From: Nitrospirota bacterium | Lineage (GTDB): Bacteria; Nitrospirota; UBA9217 | Direction: 5' to 3' | DNA: 64,000 nt | Assembly (NCBI GenBank): GCA_963818475.1 | Contig: CAWFSF010000006.1 | Location: forward strand, 576,001 to 640,000 | Shown here: piece after piece, positions 51,728 to 62,175 of the stretch | Layout of the letters: each line of letters opens with the position of its first letter | Numbering within the stretch: position 1 is the first letter of the stretch | Program-made: the position numbers and the translations under genes | Notes under the pieces: model-generated | Databases searched by the model: none | What the model was told of the DNA's origin: nothing | The model's input: only the letters and a program-made list of their open reading frames with translations

Positions 51728-53320
51728 TGGCCAGGATAACCATAGACCCCTTTACCAGAATTGAAGGACACCTCCGGATCGATGTCGAGATCGAAGGCGG
51801 CAAGGTCAAGGATGCATGGACCACCGGCACCCTGTTCCGGGGATTCGAGATCATCCTGCAGGGAAGGGACCCGCGGGACGCCTGGCATATTACGCAGCGG
51901 ATCTGCGGAGTCTGTCCTACCTCCCACGGCCATGCATCGTCAATGAGCATGGACGATGCTTTCAAAATCAAGCCTCCGGACAACGGCCGGATCATCAGGA
52001 ACATCATCGAAGGCGCCCAGTTCGTTCACTCCCATATTCTCTGGTTCTACCATTTGAACGCACTGGATTATGTTGATGTGGTTTCGGCATTGAACGCACA
52101 GCCAAAAGAGGCGTCACTTATAAAAGGTACAGGCTAAGCTGAAGTCTTTTGTCGATTCCGAACAACTCGGCCCCTTCGCGAACGCTTATTGGGGGCACCC
52201 GGCATATAAGCTGACGCCGGAGGTGAACCTCATTGCCGTGGCCCACTATCTGGAAGCACTCGAGATGCAGGCAAAGGCGGCCCAGGTGAGCGCACTCTTC
52301 GGCGGCAGGATGCCGATGACCATGACGAGCCCTCCGGGAGGCGTAACGCATGTGCCGACCGTGGACGACCTGAAGAACTATCTCTTCAGGGTCAAAGAGC
52401 TTCAGGACTGGATCGATAACGTGTTCATCGCCGATCTGCTGGCCATTGCACCGTTCTACATCGGCGCTGCAGGGGTGGGCAAAGGTCCGGCGAATTTCCT
52501 GTCCTGGGGCGTGTTCGAGGATGCTTCCTATGATCCTAAAAAGCGGCTGCTGCCCCGCGGAGCGATATTTGCTTCTGATTTTCCGAAGGTGCACGATGCC
52601 AAGCCGGAAGATGTCATGGAGCATACGGCCCACAGCTGGTATAAAGGCGGAAAGCCGCTCAACCCGGCTGTCGGCGTGACCGATCCGGAATACACGGAAT
52701 ACGATCCGAACAAGAAATATACCTGGGCCAAAGCGCCGCGTCTCCAGGGCAAGCCCATGGAGGTCGGCGCCCTGGCGCGCATGGTCGTTGCCTACGCTTC
52801 CGGCCAGCCTACGGCAAAGAAACTGATTGATGACACCCTGGCGAAACTCAAACATCCGGGACACCCTGAAGTGCTCTTCGGTATCATCGGCAGAATTGCG
52901 GCGCGGGCGCTGGAATGCAAGATGGTCGCTGACAATATGTATCAGTGGGGCATCGATATCATCGAAAACATCAAAAAGGGAAATGCGAAGGTGTATACCG
53001 ATTACAAAATCCCCGACAAAGCGCAGGGCATCGGACTCTGGGAAGCGCCGCGCGGTGCACTCGGACACTGGATCGATGTGGAAGGAAAGAGGATCAAGAA
53101 CTACCAGTGTGTGGTGCCAACGACCTGGAACGTCTGCCCGCGGGACGACAACGGGGTGCGCGGACCGATCGAAGAAGCGCTCATCGGGACGGCGGTGGCC
53201 GATGCGGAGAAGCCGCTGGAGGTCATGCGCGTGGTGCATTCCTTCGACCCGTGCCTTGCCTGTACGGTGCATGTGATCCATCCTGAATCCAACCGCATTA
53301 TGGACTTCAAGGTCTCGTGA
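51727..53320 (+). CDS. Group 1 [NiFe]-hydrogenase large subunit (~530 aa; +1 frameshift at the A run 52122-52125)
   Basis: RIEGHL, L1 TQRICGVCPTSH, EAPRGALGH, L2 FDPCLACTVH plus a cleavable tail. Removing one A gives IKVQAKLKSFVDSEQLGPFANAYWGHP. Confidence 0.93.
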
Positions 53321-53331
53321 GGGAGGACATC

Positions 53332-53980
53332 ATGGCACAAGAACTGACGAAAGAATGGAGCCTCGGCTACATTCTTGAACACTGGACGAGGGTGATCTCC
53401 ATAGCCGTGCTTACCGTTACGGGTTTCTATATTCACTGGCCCTTCATAGCCGGCGGACCTGAGAGCTTTATCATGGCCTGGATGCGGTTCTTTCACTTTA
53501 TTGCCGCCTATGCGCTTATTTTGGGCCTAGTGGTCAGGATCTATATGGCACTCCGGTCGACCTTTGACGCAGACTGGAAAGACTTTATGTCCCTGGACAA
53601 TCTTAAAAACCTGCCGGATATCACGGGGTACTATCTCTTCATGCGTGATTCACACAAGGAGTATCGGAGGTATAATCCGCTTCAGGCACTCGCGTATCTG
53701 GCCGTCGCCGCCATGATCGTGTTCACGGTGTTGACCGGCGCAGCCATGTATCATGGAAACCTCTTCGGGATCATACCCTGCCCGGACAGTTTCCGCTGGG
53801 TGAATCGCCTTCTGGGCGGTGAGTCCATTACCCGCATCCTGCATATTTTCGCCATGTGGTTCTTTATAATTTTCACCCTGATCCATGTATACATGAGCAT
53901 CATGATCACCATGGTGAATAAAGACGGTACTATCTGCGTCGATCTTTAACGGCTATAAGCTTAAAAAGCATTCCAAATGA
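53332..53980 (+). CDS. Ni/Fe-hydrogenase b-type cytochrome subunit (+1 frameshift near 53935)
   Basis: HW, RFFHF, YNPLQ, RILH, IHVY. The conserved SIFNGYK end lies in the +1 frame. Confidence 0.9.
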
Positions 53981-54484
53981 CCTCAGCTGAACAGATCCGG
54001 GGAGGCGTCTACAACGCCTCCCCAAAAAATTCTCATCCTCGGTGTCGGCAACCTGCTTCTCAGGGACGATGGTTTCGGCGTTCACCTCATCAACTCCCTG
54101 AAGAGCACTGCTTTGCCCGCCACGGTGGAGCTGCTCGAGGCCGGGACGGTGAGCCATCAGCTGATCCCCCGACTTCACGAGATCGATCACCTTATCGTCA
54201 TCGATGTTGTTGAAGCAGACGACACTCCGGGGTCGCTCTTCCGCTTTTCTCCGGACGACATGAGATTCCCGATCGAACAGAAGGCATCCCTGCATCAGAT
54301 CAGCCTCATAGACGTTCTCAATATGGCAGCGCTGACCGGAACAAAACCAAAGACCGTCATCATCGGCGTTCAGCCAAAAGACGTGACATCATGGTCCATG
54401 GAGCTCAGTGACGAGCTCAAGGCTGTGATACCGCGGGTGAAAGAACTTGTTTTCGAAGAATTGAAAAAGATCAACGCAGTATGA
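53977..54484 (+). CDS. Hydrogenase maturation protease (+1 frameshift, probably in the A6 run just before 54030)
   Basis: KILILGVGNLLLRDDGFGVH, SLHQISL, IIGVQP. The ATGA overlap start at 53977 is one base out of frame. Confidence 0.9.
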
Positions 54485-54606
54485 AGGCACGGCACATCGG
54501 GAGATGACCTGCCTTTCCCGGCGCTTGACAGTGCTTTAAAGATGTGCGATAAATTACTCATGCAGAATTTCCCGCGAATTGACGACCTCTGTGATCGGAA
54601 TGACCA

Positions 54607-55146
54607 ATGTGCCTTGCAATCCCTTCGAGAATAATCAGCATCGATAACATGTCGGCAATCATTGATGTGTTCGGCGCACGCAAGGAAGTGAACATTATGC
54701 TTCTGCCTGTCGAGCCTAAATCAGGAGACTATGTCCTTGTCCATGCGGGTTTTGCGATCCAGATGGTGGATAAGGACATCGTCGAGTCAGGAAAATCCAT
54801 GCACGAAACAGCTCTTGCTCTGAGTATCCTTGATGTCGTTGTGGAAAAATGCCGCGAAGCCGGCGGTCATACGGTCGACCAGGTCCGGCTCAGGATCGGC
54901 CTGGCTGCGGGTGTCATGCCGGAAGCACTGAGCTTTGCTTTTGATGCTGCCAAGGCCACGACAGTGGCAGAACATGCGGAACTGATCATTGAGCGGGTTC
55001 CTGTCTCCGGTGTATGCAACGAATGCAAGAAAGACTTCACGGTCCAGGATGTTCAGTATGTTTTTTCGTGCCCCCTGTGCAACTCGAAGTTCATTGATAT
55101 AAAAACCGGGCGCGAGATGGAGATCGTCGATATGGAGATCAACTGA
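54607..55146 (+). CDS. HypC-HypA fusion protein
   Basis: Residues 1-64 are HypC (MCLAIP...GDYVLVHAGFAI). Residue 65 onward is HypA (MHETALA...CNEC...CPLC...TGREM). No stop codon lies between them. Confidence 0.85.
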   Translation: MCLAIPSRIISIDNMSAIIDVFGARKEVNIMLLPVEPKSGDYVLVHAGFAIQMVDKDIVESGKSMHETALALSILDVVVEKCREAGGHTVDQVRLRIGLAAGVMPEALSFAFDAAKATTVAEHAELIIERVPVSGVCNECKKDFTVQDVQYVFSCPLCNSKFIDIKTGREMEIVDMEIN

Positions 55147-55156
55147 GGAACGGATC

Positions 55157-55193
55157 GGAAAGTAGGAAGTTGGGAAGGTAAGAAGGTAGGAAA
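55157..55193 (+). repeat. Degenerate 8-mer purine-rich tandem repeat (GGAAGGTA-like)
   Basis: ggaaagta ggaagttg ggaaggta agaaggta ggaaa, between hypA and hypB. Confidence 0.65.
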
Positions 55194-55209
55194 GGGATGG
55201 TACGCCTGC

Positions 55210-55855
55210 GTGAAAGTTAAAGTTGTTACTCGCATTCTGGAAGCAAATGACCGCATTGCAGAAGAGAATCGGAAACGATTCCAGGATGCCGGGGTGTATG
55301 TGGTCAATCTGATGGGTGCGCCAGGAGCCGGCAAGACGACCCTTCTTGAACGGACGATCCAGGCGCTTAAACCGCATCTGAAGATCGGTGTGATCGAAGG
55401 GGACATCGTCGGAAGCGATGATGCCGAACGTATCGGCGCCCTCGGTGTGCCGGTGGTCCAGATCAACACCGGCGGGGCCTGTCACCTCGATGCGAATATG
55501 ATCAGCGAAGTGCTGCCTGATTTTCCGCTCAAGGAACCTGGACCTGTTGATCATTGAGAACGTCGGGAACCTCGTCTGCCCGGCTGAATTCAAGGTCGGC
55601 GAGGACATCAAAATGATGGTCCTGTCGGTCGCCGAAGGCCACGATAAACCGCTCAAGTATCCTCTCATGTTCCGCGAGTCTTCGGCATTGGTCCTGAACA
55701 AGATCGACCTCCTGCCCTACATGAACACGGATATGAACAAGGTCCGGAACGATTCCCTGGCGCTCAATCCACAGTTGAAGATATTCGAGGTCTCGTGCTC
55801 CACCGGCGCTGGCATCGAAGCATGGGCTCAATGGTTGAACGGGCTCAGCTCATAG
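55210..55855 (+). CDS. hypB: Hydrogenase nickel incorporation GTPase (+1 frameshift near 55537)
   Basis: GAPGAGKTT, TGGACHLDA, then IENVGNLVCPAEF, KPLKYP, NKIDL. Confidence 0.93.
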
Positions 55856-58336
55856 TCAAAGGAGTCGTACAGGGCGTTGGGTTCAGGCCCTCAGTATATA
55901 AGCTTGCCACGGGTCTGCGGCTTACCGGCTACGTAACGAATACGAGCGAAGGCGTTCTTATCGAAGTGGAAGGCGCCGACATCCCGGAATTTGTGCGACG
56001 CCTTCGCGCCGAAGCCCCGCCGCTTTCCGATATCACCGATATTTCGATTGCCAGACTACCCTTACAGGGTTATACTGATTTTACGATTCGTCCCAGCACT
56101 GACAATACTGTTGGTCAGCCCTTCACGCTTGTTTCTCCCGATGTTTCGATATGCGACGATTGTCTTCATGAACTGCTCGATCCTGACAACAGGCGCTACC
56201 TGTACCCGTTCATCAACTGCACGAACTGCGGCCCCCGTTATTCCATCACCAAATCCGTTCCTTATGACCGGCCAAACACCACCATGGCCGGGTTCACCCT
56301 TTGCCCCGATTGTCTCAGGGAATATCGTGATCCTGGCGACCGAAGATATCACGCCCAGCCGAATGCCTGTCCCGTCTGCGGACCACGGGTGGAATTTAGA
56401 ATGCGGAATGCGGAATGCGGAGTTCCCCCTCACCCAGACCCTCTCCCCGAGGGGGCGAGGGAAATAAAAGAAATTCCTCTCCCCTCCGGGGAAAGGATAA
56501 AGGTGAGGGGAAATGATGCAATTTCTGAGTGCATAAAACTTCTCCAGCAGGGCGGTATCGTTGCGATCAAAGGGCTTGGGGGATTTCATATCGCCTGCGA
56601 TGCTGCCAATGATGGAGCGGTACGGAGATTACGGGAGAACAAACGAAAAAGCAATAAACCCTTCGCAGTGATGTCACTATCTATTAATGATATCAATCAA
56701 TTTTGCATAGTATCACGACAAGAACAGTACCTTCTCATGACCAACCGACGACCGGTGGTGCTGTCTGCAAGAAGAAAGCAGGCGATCCTCTTTCAAATGC
56801 AGTTTCGCCGAACAATCGTTATGTGGGCGTTATGCTGCCCTATACGCCACTTCACCATCTTTTGTTCACCTATCCGATAACGGCAGGAAATCCCGCTGGT
56901 CAGTCACACTTCAAAGCACTGGTCATGACGAGCGGCAATCTCTCGGAGGAGCCGATCGTGCGGGACAACGATGAGGCCGTTAAGAAGCTTTCAGGGATGG
57001 TCGACGGTTTTCTTTTTCATGATCGGGACATATTCATGCGGGTGGATGATTCAGTGGTTCGATTGCGGAATGCGGATTGCGGATTGCGGAATGAAAACAA
57101 CTCCGAACTCCCAACTCCCAACTCCGAACTGATGTTTCTCAGAAGATCTCGCGGTTACGCTCCGGGACCGATCGCTCTCCGTGACGACGGGCCTGAGGTG
57201 CTTGGTGTCGGTGCTGATCTCAAGAACACGTTTACGCTGACCAAGGGAAGATTTGCCATTCCGAGCCAGCATATCGGCGACATGGAAAATTACGAGACAA
57301 TAAAGTTCTTCGAAGAATGCCTGGCAAATCTCAAGGCAGTGTACCGGGCTGAGCCGGTGGCGGTTGTTCACGATCTGCACCCCGGCTATTTGTCGACGCA
57401 ATGGGCGATCGAATCCGCAATCCGCAATCCGAAATCCGCAATGAAACTCTTCGCGCATCCAGCATCATTACGCCCATATCGGATCTGTCATGGCGGAACA
57501 TGGTCTGACCAATAAGGTCATTGGTGTTGCTTTCGATGGCACCGGTTATGGTACTGACGGCAATCTCTGGGGCGGGGAGTTCCTGATCGCAGACTGTGAC
57601 GGGTTCGAACGTGTTGGACAGTTCAAATATGTACCGTTGCCGGGCGGAGAGGCAGCGATCCGGGAACCCTGGAAAACCGCGGTCAGCTATATCGTTGAAG
57701 CCAAAGGCAGAGATGCAGGTGCGACACTAGAGGACATCGGATTTATCGAAAAATACGGAGCAAAGGAAATAGAACAATTAATGATCATCGCCCGGTCCAG
57801 GGATTTTTCACCGCTGTCGTCCGGCGCCGGAAGGTTGTTCGATGCCGTTTCAGCCCTGATCGGGGTTTGCGACCACAATACCTTCGAAGGCGAGGCAGCC
57901 ATGGCGTTGGAATCATTGACCCGTGACGGAATAGATGGCGAGTACGTGGTTGAGTTGAAGCAGGAAAACAGCTATACTGTGCTGGATTTTTCCGGGACCA
58001 TAGGCGGCATTCTACGCGACATGAGCAGGAAGATACCCAAGGAAGAAATATCAACAAAGTTCCATAATACCATAGCCTCGATCATCCGGACCATGGTGCG
58101 TCGGTTACAAGCAGCCTACGGCATCTCAGATGTCGCGTTGAGCGGCGGAACTTTTCAAAACCTCTATCTTCTGAACAGAACGATCCGACTGCTTTCCCAG
58201 GATGGAATGAATGTGTATCGGAACGAAAAAGTTCCCTGCAATGACGCCTGCATCTCACTGGGGCAGGCGTTCTTGATAAGGGAACGGCTGCAAGAAGTTG
58301 CGGAGTTCAGAGTTCGGAGTGCGGAGACAAGAATGA
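55831..58336 (+). CDS. hypF: Carbamoyltransferase HypF (frameshifts near 56765, 57456 and probably near the 3' end; several in-frame repeat insertions)
   Basis: GVVQGVGFRP acylphosphatase domain, zinc fingers (CDDC, CTNC, CPDC, CPVC), KGLGGFH, MTSGN, QHHYAH, DGTGYG, GRLFDAV, NDACISLGQ. Confidence 0.93.
56423..56512. repeat. REP-like palindromic element inserted in frame in hypF
   Basis: TTCCCCCTCACCCAGACCCTCTCCCCGAGGGGGCGAGGG...CCTCTCCCCTCCGGGGAAAGGATAAAGGTGAGGGGAA. Confidence 0.8.
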
Positions 58337-59392
58337 AGCAAATGCTCAATGAATTGAAATGTTCTGATGGACGGTATCAACCGGCCCCTGAAGCTCATGG
58401 AGGTCTGCGGAACGCATACGGTTGAGATCTTCAGGCACGGAATACGCGGCGTGATCCCGAAGACCATCACCCTCCTGAGCGGGCCCGGTTGCCCGGTCTG
58501 CGTCACGTCGATCCATGATGTTGATATGGCGATCGCGATCGCCAAGCGGCCGGAGGTGGTCCTCGTGACCTTTGGCGACATGATGCGCGTTCCTGGCGGG
58601 AAAGAATCACTGCTTGAGGCGCGCTCCGAGGGGGCCGACGTCCGTGTCATGTATTCACCCATGGATGCGCTGAAGCTTGCTCAATCAGAAAAGAGCAAGC
58701 AGGTCGTTTTTTTCGCTACCGGGTTCGAGACAACTTCACCTTTGATCGCGGCAACCGTATTCGAAGCCGCCAGATTAGGTGTACCGAACTTCTCGATCTT
58801 CTCATCGCACAAACTCGTACCTCCTGCGCTCAAGGCATTGCTCGATTCTCCCGATGTCAAGGTGGACGGTTTTATACTGCCCGGCCATGTGAGCACCATC
58901 ATCGGGAAAAAACCCTATGAGTTCGTGGCAGCTCAGTACCGTATACCGTCGGTCATCACAGGATTCGAAGCCAAAGAGATCATCGAAGGCATCCTTATGA
59001 TCGTCAGGCAGATCGCGCAGAAAAGGGCTGAGATAGAGATCCAGTACCGGAACATCGTGAAGGAAGAAGGGAACCCCAGGGCGGTTGCTCTCCTGGAGCA
59101 GATATTTGAGCCGACTGATGCCTACTGGCGCGGCATCGGCGTTCTTCCCGGCAGCGGTCTCAAACTTCGACAGAACTATGCCGCTTTTGATGCTGTAGCA
59201 CGGTTCAACCCCGATGTCTCGAACGAGCCGGAACCTGAGCTTTGCTCCTGCGGCGATATCCTGCGGGGTGTGAAGATCCCGACCGAATGCCCGCTCTTCG
59301 GCACCGGCTGCACACCGGACAATCCGGTGGGACCGTGCATGGTCAGTACTGAAGGCAGCTGCGCTGCGTATTATAAGTATGGGCAGCAGTAA
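58333..59392 (+). CDS. hypD: Hydrogenase formation protein HypD (probable +1 frameshift near 58360)
   Basis: MEVCGTHT, SGPGCPVCV, GFETT, PGHVS, GPCMVSTEGSCAAYY. The GGAG RBS precedes ATG 58333. Confidence 0.93.
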
Positions 59393-59432
59393 GTACACCC
59401 GGGTTGACGTGTAGTCAAAACGGCGAATGAAA

Positions 59433-59484
59433 ACCCCTCACCCTACCCTCTCCCCTCGGGGGAGAGGATGAAGGTGAGGGGGAA
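59433..59484. repeat. REP-like palindromic element, same family as the hypF insert
   Basis: CCCCTCACCCTACCCTCTCCCCTCGGGGGAGAGGATGAAGGTGAGGGG. Confidence 0.8.
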
Positions 59485-59500
59485 TTTTCAGGTTAAAATT

Positions 59501-60496
59501 ATGGATAGAATTCTATTAGGACACGGCAGCGGCGGCAAGATGATGCACCAGCTGATCCGCGAACACTTCAGCCCGGCCTTCGGCATAGAAGGCACTGGTG
59601 ATTCCGCTATCGTAAATGTGCCGTCGAAACGCCTCGCCTATACAACCGATTCCTATGTGGTCACTCCGCTTTTCTTTCCCGGCGGCAACATCGGCGATCT
59701 TGCCGTCTGCGGGACCGTGAACGACCTCGCTGTTGCAGGCGCTGAACCGCTCTTCCTTACTGCCGGTTTTATCATTGAAGAAGGGTTCCCTCTTGCCGAT
59801 CTCAAAAAGATCATCGCCTCCATGGCAGCAGCGGCAAAGCTGGCGAATGTGCGGATCGTTGCAGGCGACACCAAGGTCGTGAACAAGGGCAAGGCGGACG
59901 GCATATTTATCAATACGTCCGGAGTAGGTGTTCTCAGGGATGGAGTGGAGATCGCGACATCGAGGATCAAAACGGGGGACAAGGTCATTATCAGCGGAGA
60001 GATCGGCAACCACGGTGTGGCGATCCTTGCCGAACGCAACGGCCTCACCTTCGAGCCTCCGGTGCAGACTGATTCCCGTCCGCTTAACGATCTTGTCCAA
60101 AAGATGCTTGCTGCCGCGAGCGACATCCATTTCATGCGGGACCCAACACGGGGAGGACTTGCAACAACGCTGAAAGAGGCGGCCCTTGAATCAGGCTTGT
60201 GTATCAAGATCCAGGAGACTGCCCTGCCCATTCCTCCCCAGGTAAAAGGCGCTTGCGGGCTTCTTGGGCTTGACCCGCTCTATGTCGCGAATGAAGGCAT
60301 TCTCATTGCTATTCTGGAGAAACAGCACGCCGATGCCGTAGTCACCGCCATGAAAAACCATCCCTTTGGCCGGAGCACTGCGATCATCGGTGACGTGGTC
60401 GAAGCGCCAACAGGCATGGTGCTGCTCGAGACTTCCATTGGCGGCAGCCGTATTATTGATATGCTGCCGGGCGAGCAGTTGCCGAGGATCTGTTGA
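59501..60496 (+). CDS. hypE: Hydrogenase expression/formation protein HypE
   Basis: HGSGG, TTDSYVV, GTVNDL, GDTKVV, RDPTRGG, C-terminal PRIC. Confidence 0.97.
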   Translation: MDRILLGHGSGGKMMHQLIREHFSPAFGIEGTGDSAIVNVPSKRLAYTTDSYVVTPLFFPGGNIGDLAVCGTVNDLAVAGAEPLFLTAGFIIEEGFPLADLKKIIASMAAAAKLANVRIVAGDTKVVNKGKADGIFINTSGVGVLRDGVEIATSRIKTGDKVIISGEIGNHGVAILAERNGLTFEPPVQTDSRPLNDLVQKMLAAASDIHFMRDPTRGGLATTLKEAALESGLCIKIQETALPIPPQVKGACGLLGLDPLYVANEGILIAILEKQHADAVVTAMKNHPFGRSTAIIGDVVEAPTGMVLLETSIGGSRIIDMLPGEQLPRIC

Positions 60497-60552
60497 GATA
60501 GAGTCACTATTCCCCCTTTTTTCACCTCCATTTCTCTTGCCAAAATAACAAC

Positions 60553-60581
60553 TTGACTGTACATACTATTGTGCATATAAT
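60553..60581 (+). promoter_or_regulatory. brnTA promoter with internal operator
   Basis: TTGACT-17 nt-TATAAT, with a TGTACA-N6-TGTGCA inverted repeat in the spacer. Confidence 0.75.
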
Positions 60582-60586
60582 ATTCC

Positions 60587-60862
60587 ATGGAAATCGTGTG
60601 GGACCGCGATAAAGCGGCTGCCAACCCCAAAAGGCATGAAGGGGTGACCTTTGAAGAGGCCAAACAGGCGCTCTATGACCCTTTCGCGCTGACGCATGAG
60701 GACAAGGATGCCCGCGGGGAGCAACGGTTCGTGACTTTGGGTATGGGTGGGAAGGGTAGAATTCTGGTGGTGGTCTACACGTATCGGGAAGAAACAATAC
60801 GGCTTATTTCAGCATGGAAGGCGAAGGAGCCACAGCGGAGGAGATATGAAAAACAATTCTGA
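60587..60862 (+). CDS. brnT: BrnT family toxin
   Basis: WDRDKAAAN..HEGVTFEEA, EQRFVTLG, LVVVYTYR, IRLISA. Confidence 0.9.
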   Translation: MEIVWDRDKAAANPKRHEGVTFEEAKQALYDPFALTHEDKDARGEQRFVTLGMGGKGRILVVVYTYREETIRLISAWKAKEPQRRRYEKQF

Positions 60863-61184
60863 TAAGACCTATGCAAAGTTCAAGGATTACGATTTTGCCG
60901 ATGCAAAACCGGTTGCTAAAACACCACATCTGGAAAAGCTCCAGGCGTCGGCCGGTAAAAAGGCCCGTATTACCATGAGGGTTGACAGCAATGTCCTGGC
61001 CGCATTCAAAGCACGGGCGGAGATTTCCGGCGGCAGTTATCAGACGCTGATGAACGAAGCACTCAAACAGTTTGCTCACGGCCTGAATCTATCGGACGTA
61101 GTTCGTGATGTTGTCCGCGAGACACTGGAGAAGCACCTGACCAAGCGCTCAAGTGGGCGCGGCAAAAAGCGCCTCGCTGCTTAG
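60846..61184 (+). CDS. brnA: BrnA family antitoxin
   Basis: Overlaps brnT; YDF, KARITMRVDSNVLAAFK, YQTLMNEAL. Confidence 0.88.
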   Translation: MKNNSDKTYAKFKDYDFADAKPVAKTPHLEKLQASAGKKARITMRVDSNVLAAFKARAEISGGSYQTLMNEALKQFAHGLNLSDVVRDVVRETLEKHLTKRSSGRGKKRLAA

Positions 61185-61198
61185 CAAAGCAGTTTGTA
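61135..61198 (+). mobile_element. Degenerate integron attC site
   Basis: R'' ACCTGAC, 5 nt spacer, L'' GCT[C]AAGT, central hairpin, L' GCTTAGC, 6 nt spacer, R' GTTTGTA. Confidence 0.65.
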
Positions 61199-61363
61199 GA
61201 CGGGTAGAGTTGAACGACCCGACCCGTCCGTTGAGTTACACTTCGCTTAACCCAATCTGATATTTAAGTACGACCGGGCAGAATTACAAGGCTGTGAACC
61301 ACGAACAGCAAAGTATCAAATAGCAACAACGTCACCAAGGACTCACCAGAGGAGGCGGGCAGA

Positions 61364-61654
61364 ATGAAAGCAAAAGTAGCAAAAAAAATGGTGACGGACA
61401 AGGAGTATTACGATAAGCGAGGCGTTCTCAGTGAAATACGGGAAGGCGAAGTCGCGCTGAGTCTTGATGACGCGCTCAGACAGGATATCCACTCGGGAAA
61501 GCGAAAAAGAAAATTACGAAACATTACAATCAAGCTCGACCCGCTCTACCTCTTGTCGATCAAAAAAGTCGCCACGAAGAAGGGAATTCCCTATCAAACC
61601 CTGGTGCGGCAGTGGGTCGCCGAGAATATCCGGAAAGAACTGAAGATAGCGTAG
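61364..61654 (+). CDS. Orphan CopG/BrnA-like antitoxin
   Basis: NITIKLD...IKKVATKKGIPYQTLVRQWV, GGAGG RBS. No toxin ORF was seen upstream. Confidence 0.8.
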   Translation: MKAKVAKKMVTDKEYYDKRGVLSEIREGEVALSLDDALRQDIHSGKRKRKLRNITIKLDPLYLLSIKKVATKKGIPYQTLVRQWVAENIRKELKIA

Positions 61655-61822
61655 GGGGAAAGCATAATTAGAAACAACGGCCCTCTTGCCGGTTCAATCT
61701 GGCAGATTGAACCAGTCTATTAATGTGCGGTTCAGGCTACAAGCCCGAACCAGCGAAGACCTTCAACGTCTTGCCAGAAGATCCCGATGCAGTGTATTGT
61801 AGTACTATGTAGGAGGTGCGCA

Positions 61823-62041
61823 ATGAGATCAGTCCTGTCAATAAGCCTTCCTGACAAGCTTGCCCGCGAGCTCGACCAGTTCGCAAAGAGCCAGGGGCGG
61901 AATAAAAGCGATGTTGTCAAGGAATCGATCAGTATTTATCTTTGGGAATCCAGGTTTGGTGGCACGAGGAATAGCCTCACGGCAAAGACAAAAAAGAAGG
62001 GCATGGTGACGGACGAGGATATCTTCAAGGAAGTGTCGTGA
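61823..62041 (+). CDS. Ribbon-helix-helix (CopG family) antitoxin
   Basis: VLSISLPDKLARELD...NKSDVVKES, AGGAGG RBS. Confidence 0.85.
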   Translation: MRSVLSISLPDKLARELDQFAKSQGRNKSDVVKESISIYLWESRFGGTRNSLTAKTKKKGMVTDEDIFKEVS

Positions 62042-62175
62042 AGGCGTTCTTCGACACGAATGTGTCTCTCACAGTTTTTCTCACTGAAGAGGTCTTGCGA
62101 TTTATCGTGTTCGACGTCGAAGAGAGGTTTACCGATGTATTTTATTGTCATATCTTGAGAGAGAACGAGCAATGA
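62038..62175 (+). pseudogene. Truncated PIN-domain toxin remnant
   Basis: GTGA overlap with the antitoxin stop. It begins MKAFFDTNV (PIN N-terminal DTNV motif) but ends after 45 codons. Confidence 0.6.

Noticed and set aside
53245-53272. [NiFeSe] hydrogenase
   Set aside because: The L2 motif is DPCLAC with Cys codons and no in-frame TGA.
57490-59392. HypF-HypD fusion
   Set aside because: ATG 58333 is in frame with hypF as written, but it has its own RBS, and removing one base upstream gives a standard ATGA stop/start overlap, consistent with the local insertion errors.
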